This document shows positions 34,366-44,001 of a stretch of 64,000 nucleotides of DNA, in pieces. A program made the position numbers and the translations under genes. The stretch's first letter is position 1; every line of letters starts with the position of its first letter. Source of the stretch: Patescibacteria group bacterium (lineage in GTDB: Bacteria; Patescibacteriota; Patescibacteriia; UBA10025; JAHIVO01); contig JAZDEZ010000021.1 in the NCBI GenBank assembly GCA_043808365.1, positions 403 through 64,402 of the forward strand, read 5' to 3'. The notes below the pieces were generated by a model that was not told where the DNA came from, made no database searches, and saw nothing but the letters and a program-made list of their open reading frames with translations.

Positions 34366-36981
34366 ATGCCCATCCCACCCTTGCGCGAACCGAATTTCCG
34401 CATAAAAAGAATTGGCGCCCGGGTAGTCGACACTATCCGCTCTCAGCACCGCCATCCCAAACGCTGGCGCCGAATCATCGCTCGCCTGTGGCCGATAGCG
34501 GGCGTCTTGGTCGTGCTTGGGGTTGTTGGCATGGTCATTATGTTTGCCATAATATCCAGGGACTTGCCAGACCCAAACAAGGTCATTGACAGGACCGTCG
34601 CCCAAAGTACGAAGATTTACGCCCGGGACGGCACCACGCTGCTCTACGACATCCACGGCGAGCAAAAAAGGACGGTAATCCAATTATCGGACATTCCAGA
34701 CGACATGAAGCACGCCACCATCGCGATTGAGGACAAAGATTTCTATAACCACCACGGATTCTCGCTGGGCGGCATTGCCAAAGCGGTCTGCCACGAGGTA
34801 ATCGGCAATTTCGGCGGCCTGTGCCCGCCGCGCGGCGGATCAACCATCACCCAGCAATTCGTCAAGAATTCCATCTTGACCTCGCAACGCTCTTATATCC
34901 GAAAAATTAAAGAATTGGTGCTGTCATACCAGCTGGAAAAAAGGTTTTCCAAAGACCAGATCCTCCAGCTCTACCTCAACGAGATCCCTTATGGATCCAA
35001 TTCCTACGGCATCGAATCGGCCAGTCAGACATTTTTTAACAAGCGAGCCAAGGACCTGACATTGGCCGAGTCCGCATTGCTGGCGGCCATGCCGCAGTCA
35101 CCGTCATATTACTCGCCGTACGGCAACCATACCGAAGACCTCGTCAGCCGGCAGCACCTGGTTCTGAAAGTAATGGTTGAGCAGAACTACGTCACCCAGG
35201 AGCAGGCCGACGCGGCAAAAGCGGTGGATATATTGGCGCAAGTCAAACCGAAAAGCGACAATATCGTGGCCCCCCACTTCGTCATGTATGTCAAAGAGTT
35301 GCTGGCGGCAAAATTCGGGGAAAAAGAAGCTGAACAAGGGGGGTTCAAGATCATCACCACCATAAATATCGACAAGCAACGCGTCGCCGAAGAGGTGGTG
35401 ACGAAATACGCCGACAAGAACGCCGCGAAGTACAACGCTTCCAATGCCGCCCTGGTATCACTGGATACGAAGACTGGCCAAATCCTGGCCATGGTCGGTT
35501 CAAAAGATTATTTCAACACGGAAATTGACGGCAACGTCAACGTCACCCTGCGCCCGCGCCAGCCTGGGTCGTCATTCAAGCCGATCGTGTACGCGACGGC
35601 CTTTAAACAGGGTTACACGCCGGAAACGGTTCTCTTTGACCTGGTCACGAACTTTGCCACTGATTCAGGCAAAGACTACACCCCGCATAATTACGATTCA
35701 AAAGAACATGGCCCCGTATCGATTCGCCAAGCACTGGCCGGATCACTGAACATCCCAGCTGTTAAAACCTTGTATCTGACGGGAATAAAAAACGTCTTGG
35801 CGACGGCAAAGGATCTCGGCTACACCACCCTGAACGATCCGAGTCGGTTTGGCCTTTCGCTGGTCTTGGGCGGCGGGGAAGTGACGCTCCTGGAGCATAC
35901 CTCGGCATTTGCCACATTCGCCCGGGAAGGCATCAGGCATCCGGTCGCGGCCATATTGCGCATTGAAGATAACAAGGGCAAGGTGCTGGAACAGTTCCAA
36001 AACCGCGAAGAAAAAGTTCTGGACGAAAACGTCGTCCGGCTGCTTAACAGCGTCTTATCGGATAACGAAGCGCGCGCGTATATTTTCGGGTCGAAAAACT
36101 ACCTCACCCTGCCGGACCGGCCGGTCGCCGCGAAAACCGGCACGACCAACGACTACCGCGACGCCTGGACCATCGGGTACACGCCGTCAATCGCTACCGG
36201 CGTCTGGGTCGGCAACAATGACAACTCGGAAATGAAGCGCGGGGCCGACGGCTCAATCGTGGCCGCGCCGATATGGAACGAGTACATGAAACGCACCGTC
36301 GGCGGCCCGTCCGAACCTTTCAAAGCGCCAAAACCCAACTCATCCGCCAAGCCGATCCTGCAGGGGAAAATCGGCAGCGACATCAAATACTCGGTTGATT
36401 TATTCACCGGAAAAATTATTCCAGATAAATGCCTGGAAACTTACCCGGAAGCGTTTGTTACGCAAAAATCTTTCAAGATCGTCCACGACATCCTTTTCTA
36501 CGTCAATAAAGACGAACCAGCCGGTCCAGCGCCCGCTGACCCGACAAAAGATCCCCAATACGCGCGCTGGGAAGAGCCGGTCCAGCGCTGGGCTGTGGCC
36601 AACAAATACCTGGATAGCGCCCTGCAGTACGAGTCGTGCGACCTGCGCTCGTCCGCGAATTCGCCGGTCGTGACATTTACGTCTCCGGTTTCGGGCACGA
36701 CTGTCTCCTCCAGTACGTTTACGATTGAAGCTGCGGCTACCGGACCGCAAACCATAAAGTCAATGACGTACTATCTTGACGACGTCCAAATCGGTACGGT
36801 CAGCGCCTCACCGTTCATATTCACGTATACGGCAACTACGGAATTAATCAGCGGCTTCCACGACCTCAAAGCCGTGGCCTCAGACGCGATTGCCAATACC
36901 GGGTCAACGACTGTAACGATCAACTACCTGCCGCCGCAAGCCCCGGCTCCCGTTGATACGAACACTGCTCCGGCGCAATAG
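34366..36981 (+). CDS. Class A penicillin-binding protein (transglycosylase/transpeptidase) with a C-terminal Ig-like domain
   Basis: IAIEDKDFYNHHGF and GGSTITQQFVKN (GT51). The SSFKP and KTGTT motifs (transpeptidase). The ATG at 34366 is preferred to the TTG at 34345. Confidence 0.9.
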   Translation: MPIPPLREPNFRIKRIGARVVDTIRSQHRHPKRWRRIIARLWPIAGVLVVLGVVGMVIMFAIISRDLPDPNKVIDRTVAQSTKIYARDGTTLLYDIHGEQKRTVIQLSDIPDDMKHATIAIEDKDFYNHHGFSLGGIAKAVCHEVIGNFGGLCPPRGGSTITQQFVKNSILTSQRSYIRKIKELVLSYQLEKRFSKDQILQLYLNEIPYGSNSYGIESASQTFFNKRAKDLTLAESALLAAMPQSPSYYSPYGNHTEDLVSRQHLVLKVMVEQNYVTQEQADAAKAVDILAQVKPKSDNIVAPHFVMYVKELLAAKFGEKEAEQGGFKIITTINIDKQRVAEEVVTKYADKNAAKYNASNAALVSLDTKTGQILAMVGSKDYFNTEIDGNVNVTLRPRQPGSSFKPIVYATAFKQGYTPETVLFDLVTNFATDSGKDYTPHNYDSKEHGPVSIRQALAGSLNIPAVKTLYLTGIKNVLATAKDLGYTTLNDPSRFGLSLVLGGGEVTLLEHTSAFATFAREGIRHPVAAILRIEDNKGKVLEQFQNREEKVLDENVVRLLNSVLSDNEARAYIFGSKNYLTLPDRPVAAKTGTTNDYRDAWTIGYTPSIATGVWVGNNDNSEMKRGADGSIVAAPIWNEYMKRTVGGPSEPFKAPKPNSSAKPILQGKIGSDIKYSVDLFTGKIIPDKCLETYPEAFVTQKSFKIVHDILFYVNKDEPAGPAPADPTKDPQYARWEEPVQRWAVANKYLDSALQYESCDLRSSANSPVVTFTSPVSGTTVSSSTFTIEAAATGPQTIKSMTYYLDDVQIGTVSASPFIFTYTATTELISGFHDLKAVASDAIANTGSTTVTINYLPPQAPAPVDTNTAPAQ

Positions 36982-37150
36982 TTTTCTCGCTTAATGACTG
37001 ACTGTAATTGGTGGGAGTAAAGCGAATATTTAACGTCGCCAAACACAATATAAAAAACCATCTTGTTCGTATAATAAACAGTTTTGTGCAATATTACTCA
37101 GAGCCTTCTTTATACGAAAGAATTAAATACTTTATAACTAATCTAAAATC

Positions 37151-37429
37151 ATGGAACCCCCGTATATTTTAATTTCAATATTAGCCTTGTTAATAATTTT
37201 GATTGTAGTCTATTTTGTGATAGGTAAAAAAAGACGTTTAAAGGATAATCCATGGAGCTATCTTAATAAGATTCAATTTATAGCGGGAATTTGTATTGCA
37301 CTAATTGGAGCTGGAATAATGTTTTATGGAAACATCTTTGGAGAAAGGAACTCTGGCATTGCTACAATTATAGGAATAATTGGAATAGGATTGATAGCTA
37401 CATCTTATAGATTCAGATTGCTTAAATAA
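37151..37429 (+). CDS. Small membrane protein (3 predicted TM segments), AT-rich
   Basis: 92-aa ORF with three hydrophobic stretches. No clear RBS. It lies in a visibly AT-rich stretch. Confidence 0.4.
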   Translation: MEPPYILISILALLIILIVVYFVIGKKRRLKDNPWSYLNKIQFIAGICIALIGAGIMFYGNIFGERNSGIATIIGIIGIGLIATSYRFRLLK

Positions 37430-37489
37430 AAAAGGCACCTGCGTCATACTGTCGGTCGCTTCGCTCCCTCGTTCGCCTTGCAGGCTCAC

Positions 37490-37556
37490 CACATAACAGC
37501 GTCTATACGCCATTCCACTTCGCTCCACAGCGCATGAGACGCGGACGTTGTATGGC
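37490..37556 (+). repeat. Direct repeat copy A (internally palindromic ~70-80-bp element)
   Basis: It shares exact blocks with copy B: AACAGCGTCTATACGCCAT (37495-37513), CTTCGCT, ACAGCGCATGAGACGC (37527-37542) and ACGTT. GCGTCT and AGACGC form an internal inverted repeat. Confidence 0.85.
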
Positions 37557-37642
37557 ATGCATTTTTATTAATAATAATTTACCATTACGCTTGCTTTGGA
37601 TTTTAACTTCTCCAAAACCAATACTCTTTCCTTTTTTTGAGA

Positions 37643-37690
37643 TAAAAAAATCCCCCGCACCAACTCTTTTTGTAGAGAGCCAGTGCGGGG
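37643..37690 (-). terminator. Rho-independent terminator of the 153-aa gene
   Basis: Stem CCCCGCAC / GTGCGGGG. A minus-strand T-run follows (plus-strand aaaaaaat at 37644-37651). Confidence 0.7.
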
Positions 37691-37742
37691 ATACGAACCT
37701 GACTGCCGTCAGGCAGGCTAAGTGGCAAAGCGCCGAAGCGCT

Positions 37743-38204
37743 TTATATGCGGTGAAGCACCTGAAGGGCGGCGCGCCAGTTGTTGAGAGTCCAGTCCCAG
37801 AGCTGAACCCAGCGGTCATCTTTCCAGTAGACACAAGCCATGCCCCCGGGATCATTAGGGAAGCGCCAGTCCGTGAAGACGAATACGACCTTGCCCCGCA
37901 GAACTTCCGGGATTTCTTCCTGGTGATCCAGGAGGTGCTGGCCATCGTCCTGGCCCAAATTCGCCTGCATCTCCTTCACGTGCTCAATTATCGTTGATCT
38001 TGGCACTTTTTTCTCGTCTCCCCGCAGGAAGCCAAGAATCTCGTACGTGCGGCCGGCGATGGTCATAGTGGTTGGTAATCCGTCTTTCACTAAGCCACTG
38101 GCGAATTGACGAACGGCTTCGGTGTTATCGGAGCTGACCAATGCGTTGAAAAGATTATCTCCTAGCTCGCGCTGTAAATGCGACGCTGATCGAAGAGTGT
38201 CCAT
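37743..38204 (-). CDS. Hypothetical cytoplasmic protein (153 aa)
   Basis: GAGGAGG lies 7 nt upstream of the ATG, and the gene has its own terminator. No recognisable motifs. Confidence 0.6.
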   Translation of the reverse strand: MDTLRSASHLQRELGDNLFNALVSSDNTEAVRQFASGLVKDGLPTTMTIAGRTYEILGFLRGDEKKVPRSTIIEHVKEMQANLGQDDGQHLLDHQEEIPEVLRGKVVFVFTDWRFPNDPGGMACVYWKDDRWVQLWDWTLNNWRAALQVLHRI

Positions 38205-38447
38205 TGCTCTACCTCCTCATATGAGAAAGAGTTCTCCTCGCCGGTATTGGCAAAGAGGAAAGCCGATCTGTTTATGGCCTTCTCCGTATGTGTATTTAAT
38301 GTATTAATACAAAGCACGGAAAAAGCCACAAACAACTGAAAAGAACTAATGCAACAGTATATCACTTCCGACAGAAATGTCAAGCGTTGCTCGAAAGTGA
38401 TTTACTTACTGTAAGCGTATTGGTAAAATATATATAGGATAAATGCA

Positions 38448-38530
38448 CATCATACAACAGCGTCTATACGCCATCATCCTTCGCTAAAGCTTCGGACGAC
38501 AGCGCATGAGACGCAAACGTTAGACGTTAC
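38448..38530 (+). repeat. Direct repeat copy B
   Basis: The same exact blocks as copy A, at 38456-38474 and 38499-38514. The central part is longer. Confidence 0.85.
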
Positions 38531-38585
38531 GCAACTTACACACAAGAGCCAAATCAAACATACATTGCGACAAGGCAACAATATT

Positions 38586-38627
38586 CAAAAACAAAACAGG
38601 ACGGAATCTCTTCCGCCCTGTTTTTTA
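38586..38627 (-). terminator. dnaN terminator (bidirectional-looking hairpin)
   Basis: Stem CAGGGCGGA / UCCGUCCUG (a G-U pair occurs only in the minus-strand RNA), with T-runs on both strands. Confidence 0.75.
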
Positions 38628-38664
38628 TATTTCTCACTAATTACAAATCACTAACTACTAGTGG

Positions 38665-39768
38665 CTATTGCTTAATCGGCATGATAATGTAGACATAGTC
38701 GCCGTCCTTTTCCGGCTTGATCAGGCCTGGGCTGAGGTTTGAATTTATTTCAATGACGCAGTTAGATGAGTTAAGGTTTTGCAGGCCGTCAAGCAAGAAC
38801 CGGTAATTGAACACGATATGGTTTTCATCGCCCTCGATAGTCGCTTCCTGCACCGCTTCGCTTTCGCCAACCTGGGCGTTAGTGGTATTCACCGTGATCT
38901 GTCCGGCTGATTTTTCGAACTTCAAGACAATGTCATTGCCGCCCGGCTTGCAAAACAGGCTGGCCCGTTTGACGGTATTAATAAACTCCTGGGTATCGAC
39001 GGTGATCTTCGTCCGGTACTCTTTGGGGATGATTTGCTGATAATCAGGGTATTGGCCCTCGATGACGCGCGAGGTCAGTTTGGTCTCGCCTAGGTCAAAT
39101 AATATTTGATTTTCATTGCAGACAATAGCGACGGGGTCATTATAATCACCCAAGATTCGCACTAATTCCTGGATGGTCCGGATTGGAACGATGACATTGT
39201 GCTGGCTGGCCGCCGGCTTGGATAGAGCGACTTTCTTCTCCGCCAGACGGTAGCTGTCCGTCGCCACCGCAACGAGATTGCCTCCCTCAAAATTAAAATA
39301 TACGCCGCTGATTTCCGGCCGCGTCTCGTCATACGCCACGGCAAATGCCACGTTTGACAGCGCCCGGCGCAAGGTTTCGGCGGGAATTTCAAATTTTTGC
39401 TTGGCATCAACCTCGGGAATCAAGGGGAATTCCGAAGCCTCCAGGCCCTTCATGACCGTCTTGGACTTCTTCCCCTTTATCTTCATGCTTTGGTCAACCA
39501 CCTCGATTTCAATATTTTCTTTTGGCAGTAAATTCACGTAATCACTCAGGGTCTTGGCCTGCACGGTAAAGGCCCCTTCTTTTTCCACTTTGCCGCGCAC
39601 CTGGCAAATAATGCCAATTTCAAGGTTTGTGGTGAGAAGTTTAATAACACCCTGCTCGGCGCGGATCAAAACATTGTTTAAAATCGGCAGGGTAATATTT
39701 TTGCTGGCCACATGACTGACCAAAGAAAGGCCTTTTGTTAAATTTTCCTGCGTGCATATTACTTTCAT
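38665..39768 (-). CDS. dnaN: DNA polymerase III beta sliding clamp
   Basis: 367 aa. MKVICTQENLTKGLSLVSHVAS..LPILNNVLI is a typical N-terminus. The gene lies directly downstream of dnaA. Confidence 0.9.
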   Translation of the reverse strand: MKVICTQENLTKGLSLVSHVASKNITLPILNNVLIRAEQGVIKLLTTNLEIGIICQVRGKVEKEGAFTVQAKTLSDYVNLLPKENIEIEVVDQSMKIKGKKSKTVMKGLEASEFPLIPEVDAKQKFEIPAETLRRALSNVAFAVAYDETRPEISGVYFNFEGGNLVAVATDSYRLAEKKVALSKPAASQHNVIVPIRTIQELVRILGDYNDPVAIVCNENQILFDLGETKLTSRVIEGQYPDYQQIIPKEYRTKITVDTQEFINTVKRASLFCKPGGNDIVLKFEKSAGQITVNTTNAQVGESEAVQEATIEGDENHIVFNYRFLLDGLQNLNSSNCVIEINSNLSPGLIKPEKDGDYVYIIMPIKQ

Positions 39769-40057
39769 AGTATCTTTATAAATAAATTAATAAATAATAG
39801 TAATAGGGAGGTGGATATGTGGATGAAAATATTTTTTTAAACAAACCAGCTTGCTTTGATTGGATGTTTTTTATGAAATTGTTTTTTATCGGGAGTGAAT
39901 AAGATTTGCAGTAACGGTGGGTGGGGTGTGCGTAAGACTATGTCCGGAAGCAAATGAATTTTTTACGGCTTCAGAAAAGGTTTTTATTCACAATGCGAGC
40001 GTGTGCATGTCCACATATTAGGCGGTGTTCAGAGGCCGGCTATCAACATCTTCCTCA
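39769..40057. other. Candidate oriC segment (dnaA-dnaN intergenic): AT-rich stretch plus DnaA-box-like 9-mers
   Basis: TTATTCACA at 39984-39992 fits TTATNCACA. TGTGGATGA at 39818-39826 is the reverse complement of TCATCCACA. ATGTCCACA lies at 40007-40015. An AT-rich run (tatctttataaataaattaataaataatagtaatag) lies at 39771-39806. Confidence 0.55.
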
Positions 40058-41416
40058 CTAGTTATACAGCCGCTGCCGGATTAATAAAATGTCCTGGCGG
40101 ATTTTTTCGTCTTCATCGAGCGCCCTTTTAATTTTTTCGTATGCGTGCATGGCGGTAGTATGGTCGCGTCCGCCCAATTCTTGGCCAATCGCCGGGTAAG
40201 AGGCCTTTGCTTCTTCGCGCATGAGAAACATGGAGATTTGGCGCGGCACGACAAGCTCTTTTTTGCGGCTCGCGCCCAGTAAATCGCCTGAAGAAATTTC
40301 AAAAAAACTGGCCACCACAGAAATAATTTGCTTGATGGTGATGGCGCCATCGCGTTTTTGGTAGCGAGACAGGCTGGTGATGACGTTTTTCACCGATTCG
40401 ACGGTGGGGGGCGCATGATTGAGCTGGTGATAGGCCATAATGCGGTTCAGGGCGCCCTCAAGTTCGCGGACGTTGCTCTGGACGCTGGTCGAGATGGCGG
40501 TCACGATATCGCTGGCGAGGGGGTAGTTTTTTTCCTTGCATTTGGCGTTAAGGATAGCCACGCGGGTTTCAAAGTCAGGCTGGGCGATGTCGGCAATCAT
40601 GCCCCATTCGAAGCGCGAAATAAGCCTGTTCTCCAGCGCCGGGATGGCTTTAGGCGGCCGGTCTGAGGTGATGACAATCTGATTGTTTTGCTGGTGCAGG
40701 GCGTTGAAAGTATGGAAAAATTCTTCCTGGGTACCCTCCTTGCCGGCCAGGAACTGGATGTCGTCAATCAGCAGGAGGTCGGCGTTTCGGTAATGGTCTT
40801 TGAAGCTCTCCCCGTTCCCCTGGGTGATTGCCCGGATAAATTCATTAGTGAACTTTTCGCACGTGACATAGACTATTTTCTTTTTTGGGGAATTTTTCAA
40901 AACCTCATGGGCAATAGCCTGTAAAAGATGAGTCTTCCCCAGCCCGGCCCCGCCATAAATAAAGAGCGGGTTATACACTTCTCCCGGACGCTGAGCCACG
41001 GCCAGGCAGGCGGCGTGAGCCAGTTCGCTGGATTTGCCGACAACAAAATTCTCAAACGTATATCGCGCATTGAGGCCGTAACTATTTTGCGGATCTTTCG
41101 TACGCGCGGCGGCTGGCCCGGCCATGTTCTGAGTTTGGGGGGCGGCGATTGACTGTCCGGCCCGACGAGTTGATTCAACTTTGTATGCCACTTCTTTCAC
41201 TTGGTTGCCGGTGGCGTTTTGCAGGCTTTTCAGAATTTCCTTGTGATATTTGGTTTCCAGCCAGGTTTTTGTGAAGGTATTTGGCACGCCAATAGCAACT
41301 TTTCCATCGCCGTATTGGGAGATGAAAGTGTTTTTGAACCATGTCGTGAAGTTGGCCTTGCTGATCGACAATTCTAACTCGCCGAGGGCGGCCTGCCACA
41401 GTTGCTCCTTGTCCAT
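40058..41416 (-). CDS. dnaA: Chromosomal replication initiator protein DnaA
   Basis: NPLFIYGGAGLGKTHLL (Walker A), LLIDDIQFL, and the C-terminal HTH region HTTAMHAYEKI. Confidence 0.95.
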   Translation of the reverse strand: MDKEQLWQAALGELELSISKANFTTWFKNTFISQYGDGKVAIGVPNTFTKTWLETKYHKEILKSLQNATGNQVKEVAYKVESTRRAGQSIAAPQTQNMAGPAAARTKDPQNSYGLNARYTFENFVVGKSSELAHAACLAVAQRPGEVYNPLFIYGGAGLGKTHLLQAIAHEVLKNSPKKKIVYVTCEKFTNEFIRAITQGNGESFKDHYRNADLLLIDDIQFLAGKEGTQEEFFHTFNALHQQNNQIVITSDRPPKAIPALENRLISRFEWGMIADIAQPDFETRVAILNAKCKEKNYPLASDIVTAISTSVQSNVRELEGALNRIMAYHQLNHAPPTVESVKNVITSLSRYQKRDGAITIKQIISVVASFFEISSGDLLGASRKKELVVPRQISMFLMREEAKASYPAIGQELGGRDHTTAMHAYEKIKRALDEDEKIRQDILLIRQRLYN

Positions 41417-41600
41417 ATGAGAAGGATTTTTTATGAGTAGTATTTATACTACCATACAATAGGATCCAAAAAAACGATTAAAATCGCCTCTTTTGTGCAT
41501 AAACTGTGACTAATATGAGGATAGTCATTTTTAATTGACCAATGAGGGTTTTTCCAGTATACTTTAAAAAGATTTTTTATCAGTTGAAAAGCCAGGTATT

Positions 41601-41738
41601 ATGCCAAAACGAACATATCAACCCAAGAAACGGCAGCGTGCAAAGGAGCATGGTTTCCGCAAACGGATGAAAACCAGGAATGGCCGAAAAGTGCTGGCTC
41701 GCCGCCGTAAAAAGGGCCGTCATGTACTCAGTTATTAA
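41601..41738 (+). CDS. rpmH: 50S ribosomal protein L34 (not in the ORF track)
   Basis: Translation is [45 protein letters not shown]. It lies upstream of rnpA as usual. Confidence 0.95.
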   Translation: MPKRTYQPKKRQRAKEHGFRKRMKTRNGRKVLARRRKKGRHVLSY

Positions 41739-41751
41739 TTTCTAGGACGCC

Positions 41752-42096
41752 ATGCTGTCGGCGAAACATCGGGTCGTTACTGACCGGGATTGGCACAACC
41801 TTCATCGGCGCGGCCTAACCTATCATGAGGCCGACGCTGTGTTAAAAATACTCCCCCAGCAAAGGCCAGTTACGCGGTTTGGTTTCAGCATCGGCTTGAA
41901 AGTCCACAAAAAATCCACGCAGCGCAACCTCCTTAAGCGCCGACTCAGAGCCATTGCCGCGTCCCTGCTCCCCAAAATGAAGCCGGGCTACGACATCGCG
42001 ATAATTGCGAAACCACCATTGAAGGACCTGACGTTTTTAGACTTAAGAGCACATATTATTAGCTTGTTTATTCGGGCAAAACTACTACAAAAATGA
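41752..42096 (+). CDS. rnpA: Ribonuclease P protein component
   Basis: 114 aa and basic. [24 protein letters not shown] contains the RNR-like motif. Position is conserved after rpmH. Confidence 0.85.
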   Translation: MLSAKHRVVTDRDWHNLHRRGLTYHEADAVLKILPQQRPVTRFGFSIGLKVHKKSTQRNLLKRRLRAIAASLLPKMKPGYDIAIIAKPPLKDLTFLDLRAHIISLFIRAKLLQK

Positions 42097-42353
42097 ATCT
42101 TCCGCGATATTTTGCAAAAATTATTTTAGGGCTGATTAGGGCTTACCAACGAACCCTGTCCCCGGACCATGGGCTGTTGGCGTATCGGCACCCTTATGGG
42201 TACTGCCGTTATCACCCGACCTGCTCTGAATACGGATACCGCGCTATTGAGAAGCACGGCGTACTGAAAGGCGGATTTTTAACCATTAAACGGATCGGCC
42301 GCTGCCATCCCTGGTCCCGCGGCGGCTATGACCCAGTCCCTAAAAACATATGA
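42093..42353 (+). CDS. yidD: Membrane protein insertion efficiency factor YidD
   Basis: [32 protein letters not shown]...RI.RCHPW signature. Confidence 0.9.
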   Translation: MNLPRYFAKIILGLIRAYQRTLSPDHGLLAYRHPYGYCRYHPTCSEYGYRAIEKHGVLKGGFLTIKRIGRCHPWSRGGYDPVPKNI

Positions 42354-43123
42354 TCGGCGACATATTTAATGTAGCGCTATTTCAGCCGTTATTGAACGCG
42401 CTTGTTTTGATTTACAAGTACATCCCTGATCTGGGGGTAGCGATTATTTTGCTGACATTAGTGATAAAATTGATACTGTATATCCCTTCACGATCCTCTA
42501 TCCGGTCGCAAAAAATCCTCCAGGATACCCAGCCGAAACTCCAGGCCATACAAAAACAATACAAGGATAACAAAGAGGAGCTTGGCCGTCAGCTGATGAG
42601 GTTTTATAAGGAAAATAAAGTAAACCCATTCTCATCCTGTCTCCCCCTCTTGATCCAGCTGCCCATCTTGATCGCCTTGTACCGGGCGTTTTTAGCCGTA
42701 GCGCAAACCGACCCATCTACCCACATTTTGCTGGCAGACCAGCTCAAGCACCTGTATGAACCGTTACGCGCGATATTCTCTGCGCACTCGATCAGTCCGA
42801 TGTTTTTGGGGTTCGTTGACCTGGCAAAAAAGGGGAATTACATTTTAGCCATCCTAGCCGGCGCGGCGCAATTTTGGCAGACCAAGATGCTGATGGCCAA
42901 GCAGCCGCCCAAAGTGCCCGGTGCCAAGGATGAGGGCATGATGGCGGGCATGAACAAGCAGATGATGTATTTCATGCCTGTCCTGACGGTCATTTTCGGC
43001 CTTCAGTTTCCGGCCGGCCTGACCCTTTATTGGCTTTTCTCCACGCTCTTTACCGTGGCGCAGCAGTATTATATATTCAAACGGGATAAGGTCGTAAACA
43101 ATACCCTAGTCGTCAAACAATGA
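42350..43123 (+). CDS. yidC: Membrane protein insertase YidC (short form)
   Basis: [49 protein letters not shown] is the family core. Confidence 0.9.
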   Translation: MIGDIFNVALFQPLLNALVLIYKYIPDLGVAIILLTLVIKLILYIPSRSSIRSQKILQDTQPKLQAIQKQYKDNKEELGRQLMRFYKENKVNPFSSCLPLLIQLPILIALYRAFLAVAQTDPSTHILLADQLKHLYEPLRAIFSAHSISPMFLGFVDLAKKGNYILAILAGAAQFWQTKMLMAKQPPKVPGAKDEGMMAGMNKQMMYFMPVLTVIFGLQFPAGLTLYWLFSTLFTVAQQYYIFKRDKVVNNTLVVKQ

Positions 43124-43404
43124 GCCTTACGGCAAAACAGCTGATCGGCTTACCGGTATATACGCAGTCCGGCGAGCACCTGGGCAAGGTCTCGGATTTT
43201 GTGGTTGACCAGGAATCACAAAGCATCAGACAGTACTCCGTCCGCAGCCGCGACCTAATCGGCGAACTGCTCCAGCGCGATTTACTCATCAGCCGTGATC
43301 AAGTGCTTCAGGTAACAGAAGAAAAAATGACTGTCGAGGATTCCGTTTTAGCCGAAGCTGAGTTAAAAAAACAGCCGGCCAATAAACCGGTGCCGGCTAT
43401 TTAG
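43120..43404 (+). CDS. PRC-barrel domain protein
   Basis: LIGLPVYTQSGEHLGKVSDFVVDQESQSIRQY resembles the PRC-barrel (YlmC/YmxH-like) pattern. Confidence 0.55.
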   Translation: MSLTAKQLIGLPVYTQSGEHLGKVSDFVVDQESQSIRQYSVRSRDLIGELLQRDLLISRDQVLQVTEEKMTVEDSVLAEAELKKQPANKPVPAI

Positions 43405-43426
43405 CAATCTGCCAGGATAAGACGGG

Positions 43427-43870
43427 CTATTTCCATAATGCCCGTTTTTGTATGGAGATTTTCCTGACTGTCGGGCTCACATAAGTGAAACGGACAACAG
43501 TTAAAGGGAGCCCCTTGAGCAGGGGCCGGAGCTTGTCCGCCCATTCGATAATACAGACCGTGTCCGAACGCCGCAGGTATTCCAGGAGGCCAATTTCGCG
43601 AATTTCATCAATCCGCCTGAGGCGGTAGGCGTCAACATGGCAAAAAGTTTTCAGCCCTGGCCTGTGCAATTTGTATACTTTCATTAATACAAATGTCGGA
43701 CTGTTGATGGCAGTCCGTAAGCCTAAGCCTTTGGCAAAGCCTTTGGCAAAATAGGTCTTGCCGCCGCCCATATCGCCGACCAGGGCAAGAATCCCGCCTT
43801 TTTTGACTTTTTTTGCCAAGGTTAGCCCAATTTTAATGGTAGCGTTTGGATGCCTGGATATGAAGTTCAT
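43427..43870 (-). CDS. tsaE: tRNA t6A37 biosynthesis ATPase TsaE
   Basis: LVGDMGGGKTYFAKGFAKGLG P-loop, SPTFVLMKVY, HVDAYRL. Confidence 0.85.
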   Translation of the reverse strand: MNFISRHPNATIKIGLTLAKKVKKGGILALVGDMGGGKTYFAKGFAKGLGLRTAINSPTFVLMKVYKLHRPGLKTFCHVDAYRLRRIDEIREIGLLEYLRRSDTVCIIEWADKLRPLLKGLPLTVVRFTYVSPTVRKISIQKRALWK

Positions 43871-43939
43871 GCCAGTATTTTAAGCTATTCCCGGGGTATC
43901 TACAAATAAATAACATTTTTTAATTTAATGCCAATTCTC

Positions 43940-43968
43940 TTGACAGGCTGGCCGGGGTATTTTATACT
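43940..43968 (+). promoter_or_regulatory. Sigma70-type promoter TTGACA-N17-TATACT
   Basis: cTTGACAggctggccggggtatttTATACTc lies upstream of the DHH-family gene. Confidence 0.7.
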
Positions 43969-44001
43969 CACCTATCACGTTTTTTAGGAATATCCCGACA
44001 T

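Noticed and set aside
33679-34683. 334-aa minus-strand ORF
   Set aside because: It lies entirely antisense to the well-supported ROK kinase and PBP genes. It has no RBS or recognisable motif and a biased Arg/Pro/Ala composition typical of a shadow frame.
37683-37705. tRNA-like T-arm string (minus-strand GGTTCGTATCC)
   Set aside because: The flanking 5-mers are not complementary, so no T-stem forms. No acceptor or anticodon arms could be drawn. The segment is part of a terminator hairpin.
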